Assembly: GCA_963786445.1 (NCBI GenBank)
Contig: CAWAZU010000037.1
Span: 5,809 to 69,808 of the forward strand
Origin: an uncultured Pseudomonadota bacterium
GTDB lineage: Bacteria; Pseudomonadota; Alphaproteobacteria; Acetobacterales; Acetobacteraceae
Reading direction: 5' to 3'
Length of the DNA stretch: 64,000 bases
Below the pieces are notes generated by a model. That model saw only the letters and a list, made by a program, of their open reading frames with translations. It searched no databases and was not told the origin of the DNA. Below, one piece after another: positions 56,648-64,000 of this stretch. A program made the translations under genes and the position numbers. Position 1 is the stretch's first letter. Each line of letters opens with the position of its first letter.

Positions 56648-58633
56648 ATGACCGACGCACCGCACTTTCGCTACGATCTCGCGTTCGAACGAAACCTTGG
56701 GTGGATCACCGAAGCCGAGCAGCTTGCCCTTCGCGGCAAATGCGTTGCGATCGCCGGCCTGGGCGGCGTTGGCGGGGTCCATCTGCTGACGCTGGCGCGA
56801 CTCGGGATCGGCGCATTCCATATCGCGGACTTCGACACATTCAGCGTCGCCAACTTCAATCGGCAGATTGGTGCGACAGTCCAGACCATCGGTCGCCCGA
56901 AGGTCGACGTGCTCGATGAAATGGCGCGCGCCATCAACCCGGAGCTCCGGATACGGCGGTTCGACACGGGGGTCACAACCGAGAACATCGACCGGTTCCT
57001 GGACGGTGTGGATCTGTTCGTGGATGGCTTTGACTTTTTCGTCATCGACATGCGCCGCCAGGTCTTCAGCCGTTGCAGGGAACTGGGCATTCCGGCGGTC
57101 ACGGCCGCACCCGTCGGCCTGGGAACGGCATTCCTGGCGTTCACGCCCCGGGGGATGACATTCGAGGACTATTTCCGGCTGGAGGGACACCGGGAGAACG
57201 AGCAGTACCTTCGCTTTCTCCTGGGTCTCACGCCCAAGGGCCTGCATCGCGGATATCTGATGGATCGCACGCGGGTCGATCTGGCCGCACAGCAGGTCCC
57301 CTCGACGATCGCCGGCTGCCAGCTTAGCGCGGGCGTCGCGGCGGTCATGGCGATCAAGTTGCTGCTCGGACGGGGCGATGTGAAGGCCGCACCGTACCAC
57401 CATCACTTCGACGCCTATCGCGCCAAGCTCTCGGTCACCAGGCTGACGTTCGGGAACGCCGGACCGATCCAGCGGCTCAAACTTGCCTTTGCCCGGAAGG
57501 CTTTCGCCGGAATGGTGCAGCGCGCGCCGGCTGGCGATCCCGAAATCGCCCAGTCGCCGATTGCGGAAATCCTGCGCGCCGCGCGCTGGGCACCGAGCGG
57601 CGACAATGCGCAGCCGTGGCGTTTCGAACTGCTCGGCGACGACGCCGTCGCCGTCCGCCTGACGAAGCCGGACGCTGACAATGTCTACGAATATCGCAAC
57701 GGCGAACCGCTGCTGCTCGCCGGCGGCATGCTCCTGGAGAGCCTGCGTATCGCTGCGACCGCGCACGGCAGGACCATGGAGTGGCGGCACGAAGGCTCCG
57801 GCTGGCCCGACCGCATCGTCGTGCGTTTCGCGCCGGTGCCGGGTCTGGAAGTTGACGTTCTCAACTCTTATCTCGGGCTGCGATCGGTGAATCGCCGGCC
57901 CTACCGGATGCGGCCGCTCCACGAACAGGAGCAGGCTGCGCTGAAGGGTGCGCTCGGCGACCGGCTCGTCCTCGACTGGTATCCCCGGCTGGTGCAGCGT
58001 GGGCAATTCGCGTGGCTCAGCGCTCGGGCGACTGATATCAGACTGCGCGCGCCGGAAACTTTTCCAACGCACCAGCGGGTCGTCGATTGGCAGCGCATGC
58101 TCAGCCCCACCGGCGTTCCCGCCGGCGCGCTGGGCCTCGGCCGCCCGACGCTCGTGCTGATGCGCTGGGCCATGCGGAGCTGGCCGCGGATGCGCATCCT
58201 GAACGGCTTCGGCAGCACGGCAGTGGCTGCGGTTCAGATGGATTTCGCGCCTATTCTGGCCAGCGCCGCGTGTTTCACCGTGCGATTGGCGCGGTCCGCA
58301 CCGGCAGCGGAGGACCATGTGCCATCGCTGCTGCTGGCGGGCCAGCATCTGCAACGCTTCTGGCTAACCGCGACCCGCCTCGGCCTGTCGCTGCAGCCGT
58401 TGCTGGCCATGCTGATCTTCGCGGATTATGGCGAAGGCAAGCCGGCGTTCACCGTCAACGCTGCGGTCCAGAACAAGTCGGCAGCTCTCGCGAGGTCGTT
58501 TCGGCAGACCCTTGGCGCCGGCGCGAGCGATTTTATCTTCGCGGGCCGGATCGGCGAGCCACGGGCCACGCGGGCCGATTGCCGGTCAGTGCGGCGTCCT
58601 CTTGTCGAGCTCCTCCAGCAAGGGATTGGTTAG
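56648..58633 (+). CDS. ThiF/MoeB-type E1-like adenylyltransferase fused to a nitroreductase-like domain (Rv1355c/MoeY-like, from memory)
   Basis: The N-terminal 270 aa carry the Rossmann motif IAGLGGVGGVHLLTLARLG and NFNRQ. The C-terminal 380 aa carry RWAPSGDNAQPWRF and a second nitroreductase-like half. 661 aa. Confidence 0.7.
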   Translation: MTDAPHFRYDLAFERNLGWITEAEQLALRGKCVAIAGLGGVGGVHLLTLARLGIGAFHIADFDTFSVANFNRQIGATVQTIGRPKVDVLDEMARAINPELRIRRFDTGVTTENIDRFLDGVDLFVDGFDFFVIDMRRQVFSRCRELGIPAVTAAPVGLGTAFLAFTPRGMTFEDYFRLEGHRENEQYLRFLLGLTPKGLHRGYLMDRTRVDLAAQQVPSTIAGCQLSAGVAAVMAIKLLLGRGDVKAAPYHHHFDAYRAKLSVTRLTFGNAGPIQRLKLAFARKAFAGMVQRAPAGDPEIAQSPIAEILRAARWAPSGDNAQPWRFELLGDDAVAVRLTKPDADNVYEYRNGEPLLLAGGMLLESLRIAATAHGRTMEWRHEGSGWPDRIVVRFAPVPGLEVDVLNSYLGLRSVNRRPYRMRPLHEQEQAALKGALGDRLVLDWYPRLVQRGQFAWLSARATDIRLRAPETFPTHQRVVDWQRMLSPTGVPAGALGLGRPTLVLMRWAMRSWPRMRILNGFGSTAVAAVQMDFAPILASAACFTVRLARSAPAAEDHVPSLLLAGQHLQRFWLTATRLGLSLQPLLAMLIFADYGEGKPAFTVNAAVQNKSAALARSFRQTLGAGASDFIFAGRIGEPRATRADCRSVRRPLVELLQQGIG

Positions 58634-59032
58634 TGGGGGACCTTGTCGAAGGGGTGAATGGCCGCCTTTTGAAAACCGCGTTCTTCACGGGCGACTAAGT
58701 AGAATCCGAGCCTTCCCCTTGTCGCCGACGTTGCTACCATGGCACCATCGCCATGAGGCGAACTTGATGCGACCGAGGAGGGTTGAGCTCCGCTGATCGC
58801 TAACGCTGCTGCGCGCCGGCGTCCTAAGGTTACACAGCCGCCCCGTTCGCACACCGTTCGGCGGGTTCAAATCCGACCATCCGCGTACACGGACGCTGGT
58901 TCGCGGCGTGACCGGCTCGTGCGGCCGATCGGAGCGAAACAGGCGGGTCCCGAACAGTTTTCTCGGAGCCCGTGTCCCCATGCGCTTGTCCGCGAATTTG
59001 GTTAAGACCAGTGGAGCTTGCCAGGCATTTCC

Positions 59033-60925
59033 ATGCATATAAACTCAAAGGAGCAACGTAAATCACCTCGCCATTTGGATCAGCTGCGACAGCAGACGGT
59101 TCTAGCAAAATTCGGTGAACTCGCCCTGAAGTCCGACAGCCTGGATAAGATTTTGGCCGAGGCCTGCCGTCTCGTAGGCGAAGGGCTGGGCACCGACCTC
59201 GCCAAGGTGATGAAGTTGGAGGATGACGGCGAGACGTTGCTGGTGCGTGCCGGCGTCGGCTGGAAGCCAGGCATCGTCGGCGTGCTGACCCTCAAGGTGG
59301 CGGACAGCACGTCGGAAAGCCTTGCCCTCAAGACGGGAGACCCGACGATCTCCCCGAACGTCGCGACCGAGACGCGGTTCAAGTATCCGCAGTTCCTGAT
59401 CGACAACGGCGTCAAGGCAATGGCCAACGTGGCGATCATCGGGAGCGAAGGCAGGCCCCCGTTCGGCATCCTGCAGATCGACAGCCGCGAGCCCCGCCAG
59501 TTTACCGACGACGACACCGCTTTCTTGCGCAGCTATGCAAACCTCATCGCGGCGGCCGTGGACCGTTTGCGTGTGATCGGGGAGATGCGCCATGCGCTGA
59601 TCGAGGCATCGAACGCCCGGGATGAGGCGGATCGCGCCAGCCACGCCAAATCGCGGTTTCTGGCGAATATGAGCCACGAGTTGCGCACGCCGTTGAACGG
59701 CATCCTGGGCTACGCCGAGCTGCTGCGTGTCGAAGGCGGGCTGAGCGTCATTCAGAAGGCGCGGGTGGACGCCATGAGAGGTCCGGGCGCGCACCTGCTC
59801 CTGATGATCAACCGCGTGCTCGACCTGTCGGGGATCGAGGCCGAGCTCGTCAAGCTGGAACCGGTCGAATGTGATTTGCGCAGCCTCGCGGAGACATGCC
59901 TCAGTTTCGTCCGGCCGGCGGCGGAGGCAAGAAGTCTCAGGCTCGGCCTGGTCGCGGCGCCGGACATGCCGCCCACCGTCTTCATCGACCCCGTGCGGCT
60001 GCGGCAGGTGCTGCTCAACCTGCTCGGCAACGCGGTGAAGTTCACGAAGCAAGGCTCCGTGGAGTTGCGCCTGCGGCGGTCGTCGGACAAAGCCAGGCTG
60101 CTTGTCGAGGTGGTGGATACCGGACCAGGCATACCGGCGGAGCAGCGCCATCGCCTGTTCCGGGAATTCGAGCGGCTCGATGCCAACAGCACCAGCTTGG
60201 TCGAAGGCACCGGCCTGGGCCTCGCCATCTCGGCCCGGCTCGCAGCCTACATGGGCGGCCGGCTTCACTATGAGGACAACCCGCCGGGCGGCAGCATATT
60301 CCGGCTGGAACTTCCGCTGGCGGCCGGCTCGCGTCCCGCACCACCTCCAGCCAACGTACCTGCCCGCGGCCCACCGGATACTCCGGCAGTCCCAACTCCT
60401 GCGCGCGCTCTACGCGTGCTGGTCGTCGATGATATCGCCATGAACCGCGACATCGCCGGCTCGCTCCTGCGCGCCGGCGGCCACGAGGTCGCTTACGCTG
60501 AAGGCGGGGCGGCGGCGGTCGAAGCCGTTGCGGCCGGAGATTTCGATGTTGTTCTCATGGACGTACGCATGCCTGAAGTGGACGGGATCGAGGCGACACG
60601 CCGCATCCGCCTCCTGACGGGTACCCGACGGCAGGTGCCCATCGTGGCCCTGACCGCGCTGGCCTTCCCCGAACAGGTTGAGATATGCCGCCGAGCGGGC
60701 ATGAAAGGCCACGTGACCAAGCCCTTTACTCTGGATACGCTGAACGATGCGATCGCGCGCGCCACTCGCGAAGCGCAGGCAGACGGCGAAGTCGCGGCAG
60801 CAGGGCCCGAAGTTCCGCCAACGGAAGTTGCGGCGAGCCACACGGACACCGTCCCCGTTTCCCGCCCCTCCCTCGCACCTGGCACCACCGGTGCTGAATC
60901 TGCGAGCGTTCAAGGCACGGGCTGA
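59033..60925 (+). CDS. Hybrid sensor histidine kinase (GAF - HisKA - HATPase - REC)
   Basis: GAF-like N-terminus ([12 protein letters not shown]...FGILQIDS). H-box [18 protein letters not shown] boxes [27 protein letters not shown]. Receiver LVVDDIAMN...[12 protein letters not shown]...KP. Confidence 0.85.
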   Translation: MHINSKEQRKSPRHLDQLRQQTVLAKFGELALKSDSLDKILAEACRLVGEGLGTDLAKVMKLEDDGETLLVRAGVGWKPGIVGVLTLKVADSTSESLALKTGDPTISPNVATETRFKYPQFLIDNGVKAMANVAIIGSEGRPPFGILQIDSREPRQFTDDDTAFLRSYANLIAAAVDRLRVIGEMRHALIEASNARDEADRASHAKSRFLANMSHELRTPLNGILGYAELLRVEGGLSVIQKARVDAMRGPGAHLLLMINRVLDLSGIEAELVKLEPVECDLRSLAETCLSFVRPAAEARSLRLGLVAAPDMPPTVFIDPVRLRQVLLNLLGNAVKFTKQGSVELRLRRSSDKARLLVEVVDTGPGIPAEQRHRLFREFERLDANSTSLVEGTGLGLAISARLAAYMGGRLHYEDNPPGGSIFRLELPLAAGSRPAPPPANVPARGPPDTPAVPTPARALRVLVVDDIAMNRDIAGSLLRAGGHEVAYAEGGAAAVEAVAAGDFDVVLMDVRMPEVDGIEATRRIRLLTGTRRQVPIVALTALAFPEQVEICRRAGMKGHVTKPFTLDTLNDAIARATREAQADGEVAAAGPEVPPTEVAASHTDTVPVSRPSLAPGTTGAESASVQGTG

Positions 60926-61238
60926 CTCTCTCGCACCCGAGAAGCTCGCCGATTATGTCCGGACCATCGCCGGGCGCACCGAAGATATCCTGCGTGGGCT
61001 GTGCATGCCGGACGCCTTGGCAACCAACGACACCAAGCTTGCCGACGCTGCGCACGCCCTCGCGGGCAGCGCCATCATGTTCGGCTTCGAGCGCCTGGCG
61101 GCCGCAGCCCTTGGTTTCGAGCGCGCCGTCCAGACCGGTGCCGTAGAGACACCGGCTTTTGCCGACGATCTCCGTGCCGCCGCGACGATCACGCTTGAAG
61201 AAATCCACACCCGCAACGCGGACCGCGCGGAGGCGTGA
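60891..61238 (+). CDS. Hpt (histidine phosphotransfer) domain protein, or frameshifted C-terminal Hpt of the kinase
   Basis: AAHALAGSAIMFGFERLA fits the Hpt H..KG.A..G motif. The candidate GTG at 60891 overlaps the kinase 3' end by 35 nt in another frame. Confidence 0.55.
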   Translation: MLNLRAFKARADSLAPEKLADYVRTIAGRTEDILRGLCMPDALATNDTKLADAAHALAGSAIMFGFERLAAAALGFERAVQTGAVETPAFADDLRAAATITLEEIHTRNADRAEA

Positions 61239-61265
61239 ATCGCGCGTTGGCAACGAAAGGCGGGA

Positions 61266-62237
61266 TTACTGCGTCCCTCGTGCTGATCCGTGCAACACGG
61301 CCGTGGCTGCCGTCGGGGGGCTCCACCCTGTCGGAACCGGCGAGGCAGCCGCGAAGCGGTCGAGGTCGGCGAGCGCGGACTGCAACAGCCGGCCGGAAAA
61401 CCCTGAGCTATCTGCCTGGAACTCGTGACTCAGCATGCGCAGCTTCAACGCAACATCGGCCGCGTCCCGTGCCGGAGTCCGAGCGAGGCGCTCGCCAGCG
61501 AGCCATCCGGCGCCGATACGGCTCGCGCGTTCGTCGTCGAATATGCTGCCATCATTGGCCGGCGCGGTTGCGGCCGGGAGCATGCCGAACCAGGTCCCGC
61601 CATCGGTCAGGTAGTTCCAGACCTGCCATTGTTCAGACCGCATCCGGGCGAGCACAATGGCGATGTTGCCGACCGTTGGCTGGCGGATCCCGTGGTAGGA
61701 TACGAGGGGACCGACCGGCTGGAAGTGGATGCCGTTCCGCTGATTCAGTCGCAGCAGACTCGGCTCCATGACGGCCAGCCAATGGGTCAATCCCATGTCG
61801 CTGCTGATCTGCACGACCCCGCGCAGCAGCGCCAGCCGCAGCAGTGACGCGGTCGCGCAAGAGATCCGTCGCTGCTTGGAGATGGCGAAGCGCGATACCT
61901 CGCCTGTCGTGCGCAGCGGCAGGGGACGAAACCACGACGCGTCGCACAGGCGCTGCATCGGGAAACTGTCGTCCAAATTGGCCAGATTGGCGGCGAGAAC
62001 CCTGACAGTTCCGACGACCTCGCCATCGCTGGCATGACGCAGAAGAGCGTGACGGGAGCGGGCGTCGAATTCGTCAGTCTCCTCCTCCCCCACGGCGCTT
62101 TCGAATCCACGCTCAACGCAATAGACCTGATGGCGGAGGCGAAATACCTCGCGCAGCTGCTCGGCGCTTGTAGCCTGTTCCAGGGTAAACTGGGTTGCGG
62201 CGAGCGAGATCTCGTCGCCAGTATCTGGAACGTCCAT
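61266..62237 (-). CDS. GNAT-fold N-acyl amino acid synthase-like acyltransferase (PEP-CTERM/exosortase-associated type) with C-terminal extension
   Basis: ATG at 62237 lies 7 nt after GGAGG. LRHQVYCVERGFE...DEFD..S.H.LL...VGTVR...SRFAISK resembles the FeeM/autoinducer-synthase-like fold. About 100 extra C-terminal residues have no recognisable motif. Confidence 0.6.
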   Translation of the reverse strand: MDVPDTGDEISLAATQFTLEQATSAEQLREVFRLRHQVYCVERGFESAVGEEETDEFDARSRHALLRHASDGEVVGTVRVLAANLANLDDSFPMQRLCDASWFRPLPLRTTGEVSRFAISKQRRISCATASLLRLALLRGVVQISSDMGLTHWLAVMEPSLLRLNQRNGIHFQPVGPLVSYHGIRQPTVGNIAIVLARMRSEQWQVWNYLTDGGTWFGMLPAATAPANDGSIFDDERASRIGAGWLAGERLARTPARDAADVALKLRMLSHEFQADSSGFSGRLLQSALADLDRFAAASPVPTGWSPPTAATAVLHGSARGTQ

Positions 62238-62733
62238 AGCCACCCTCCTGAAAATCGGCAAGCGCTATGCGAATTCATCACGATTGTATATCATGATGTT
62301 CGCGGCATAAAATTAACAATTTCCGAAATGTTCAAAATTAATGAGTTTATCGCGACGCGGCACGGGTCCATTTTACGAGATCCCGCAACAATATAAGAGA
62401 TCAGTGATATATTGTGGGAAGTTACGTATCTGCAGAGTTGACGCCTATTGAAAAACCTCTGTGCCATTCCTAACCTCTTCTACCGGTGCATACAAGATAA
62501 TATTGGATTGGCGAGAATGCTACGGTCATTCGACGCGCCACTCGCGCAGGTTCAAGGAACATTTGCGGCCCCTGCCAGCCAATCCCGGCAGCAATGGAAC
62601 CACTATGCCGCCGGGAGGGACCAACATCACGATGCGTAGCATCGTAACGAGATAGCAAATGGTTCTCTGAGGTTGCGGCACGATGATTGCAAACTTGTGT
62701 GCGACGTTACGATGACCGGTATGGAGGAGTTCA
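62238..62733. promoter_or_regulatory. Unusually AT-rich 496-bp divergent intergenic region
   Basis: Visibly AT-rich, with tracts such as ataaaattaacaatttccgaaatgttcaaaattaatgagtttatc. It lies between the acyltransferase (-) and the double-receiver regulator (+). Confidence 0.5.
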
Positions 62734-63729
62734 ATGCCCCGTGCGTCAAACAATCAGACTCCGCGAGCTCGCATCCTGATCTTGGAAGATGACCCGCTGC
62801 AGGCGCAGATCCTCGAATCCGTCATGGTTGCCGCGACCTTCGAGGTGGATGCCGTCAGCAGCGGGCTGGACGCGGTGCGGCAGATGCAGCGGGTTCACTA
62901 CGACGTGGTCGTCGTCGATTACCAGGTTCCCGAGATCAATGGCCTCGCACTCGCGAAATTGGCCGACGACTTCATGGGGCCGGTGGTCCGGCCCATTCTG
63001 ATCGCACTCACCGCGACGCCGGAGCATCTGCGCGCCATGGAGAGCGGAGCGCACAGCGCATTCGACGCCGTCATTGGCAAATCCTCAGATTTCTCTTCGC
63101 TCCTATCCGCCATCACCCGCTGCCTCGCAGCCATGCCCGACAGCGCGACGCGGCAGACGGCCGAGTCCTCGCTCCTCCGCAAGGACCGGCTGGATTACGA
63201 GGCAGAGCCGTGCCGTCCGGGAGCCCAGGGCGACGATCCCGGCCCGCCGCGGATTCTCGTCGTCGAGGACGAGGAGTGCCAGCGATTGCTGCTGACATCC
63301 GTACTCGAGCAGCGAGGATATGTTGTTGAGAATCTTTCCAATGGCCTGGAGGCGGTCAGGCAAATTCGCGAGGGCTGCTACGACCTGGCTCTCGTCGACT
63401 ACAATTTGCCCGAGATGGACGGCCTGGCGGCGGGAACGCTCATACTGGATCTGCTGCAGGAGCATTTGCGCCCAAGGCTGATCGCTCTGACATCGACGCC
63501 AGCTCGGCTGCGCGACCGAGAAATGCTGGTCGGCAGCGTATTTGACGAGATTATCGAAAAGTCCACCGATCTGCATGACTTGATCTGTGCGGTGGATCGT
63601 CATCTGAGATCTTCGCCCAATCCGGCAACGCGGCGCGCTGCGCGCATCCACTCCGGCGATGGCGCCGTCAAGGACGGCAAATCACTTGAACCGAAGTCCC
63701 ATGCGGCAGGGATCGCCGGGGTTGGGTAA
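62734..63729 (+). CDS. Response regulator with two receiver domains and no output domain
   Basis: GGAGGAG RBS. REC1 is ILILEDDP...VVVVDYQVPEINGL...K. REC2 is ILVVEDEE...LALVDYNLPEMDGL...K. 331 aa. Confidence 0.8.
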   Translation: MPRASNNQTPRARILILEDDPLQAQILESVMVAATFEVDAVSSGLDAVRQMQRVHYDVVVVDYQVPEINGLALAKLADDFMGPVVRPILIALTATPEHLRAMESGAHSAFDAVIGKSSDFSSLLSAITRCLAAMPDSATRQTAESSLLRKDRLDYEAEPCRPGAQGDDPGPPRILVVEDEECQRLLLTSVLEQRGYVVENLSNGLEAVRQIREGCYDLALVDYNLPEMDGLAAGTLILDLLQEHLRPRLIALTSTPARLRDREMLVGSVFDEIIEKSTDLHDLICAVDRHLRSSPNPATRRAARIHSGDGAVKDGKSLEPKSHAAGIAGVG

Positions 63730-63749
63730 CCTGTGAGCGTCTTGCCTGA

Positions 63750-64000
63750 TGCCGCGCGGCTTCGGCGGCCCGCGTGCCGTTCCTGCGCTTCTTCGACGGG
63801 TTTCGGATCAGCTGTGAAGTCAACACGCTGGACCTGGTCGACGATGCCGCCACCCGCGCCATGATCGACGACGACCTGTTGCGCGCGCCCGCGCCCGCGC
63901 CCTCGACCCGGAGCGGCCGGCGGTGCGCGGCACGGCGCACAACTTGGACACGTTCTTCCAGGCGGGCGAGACGGCGTCGGCCTTGCTGTGCGCGGCGAGT
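63750..64000 (+). pseudogene. 5'-truncated, frameshifted remnant of pyruvate:ferredoxin/flavodoxin oxidoreductase (PFOR/NifJ-like)
   Basis: ARVPFLRFFDGFRISCEVNTLDLVD..., then in another frame ALDPERPAVRGTAHNLDTFFQAGE. These match PFOR residues around 150-230 (consensus VPF.HFFDGFRTSHE ... NPEHP.VRGTAQNPD.FFQ.RE). An in-frame TGA sits at 63747-63749, and the upstream space is occupied by the regulator gene. Confidence 0.55.

Noticed and set aside
58850-58890. tRNA-like T-loop sequence GGCGGGTTCAAATCCGACC in the 400-bp gap before the kinase gene
   Set aside because: The flanking bases do not form a 5-bp T stem (only 3 of 5 pairs). I could not build an acceptor stem, D arm or anticodon arm around it. 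At best it is a decayed tRNA 3' fragment and is not called as a gene.
58690-58900. Possible two-piece tmRNA, since alphaproteobacteria have permuted ssrA
   Set aside because: There is no ANDN-type tag reading frame ending in a stop, no acceptor-like GGGG...CCACCA pairing, and the T-arm is defective.
61266-62237. LuxI-type acyl-homoserine-lactone synthase
   Set aside because: The fold-level resemblance (LRHQVYCVERGFE, DEFD) is shared with N-acyl amino acid synthases. There is no adjacent LuxR-type gene or lux box, and a PEP-CTERM protein is nearby. The exosortase-associated acyltransferase interpretation is therefore preferred, though only an HMM search can decide.

Overview
64-kb, high-GC, gene-dense bacterial segment. 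Its gene content looks alphaproteobacterial (inference): a DUF484-xerC unit, an imuA-imuB-dnaE2 cassette behind a GTTC-N7-GTTC LexA box, a PEP-CTERM protein and many exported hypotheticals. Housekeeping and catabolic blocks: a Phd/VapC toxin-antitoxin pair plus a truncated second VapC; priA broken by five single-nucleotide frame changes; fsa-type transaldolase; DUF484; xerC; a polyamine-type ABC importer with a fused double permease; an enoyl-CoA hydratase / acyl-CoA ligase / class II aldolase unit; a sugar ABC importer; a CitE-lyase / CoA-transferase / GntR / hydrolase / PuuE-like block; and the SOS mutagenesis cassette. Accessory blocks: (i) 13.1-14.9 kb, a lower-GC GH16-like glycanase with internal repeats. 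(ii) 15.0-20.2 kb, a strand-alternating cluster around a PEGLP-type P-ATPase with a Cys-less HMA-like domain, two stand-alone HMA-like proteins and four paralogous small membrane proteins. This is my top candidate for an undescribed system. (iii) 20.4-39.1 kb, a run of exported/envelope hypotheticals, two AraC regulators, an arylsulfatase and a pqiB-pqiC-pqiA operon. An exact CTGCATAG core recurs eight times here and at 14.8 kb, always upstream of and pointing at exported-protein genes. (iv) 55.4-63.8 kb, a patchy-GC block with a PEP-CTERM protein, a ThiF-nitroreductase fusion, hybrid kinase plus Hpt, an exosortase-associated-type acyltransferase and a double-receiver regulator, ending at a 5'-truncated PFOR remnant. 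No rRNA, convincing tRNA or CRISPR array was seen. Several genes carry apparent frameshifts, and sequencing error cannot be excluded from the sequence alone. All motif scans were done by eye and are not exhaustive.
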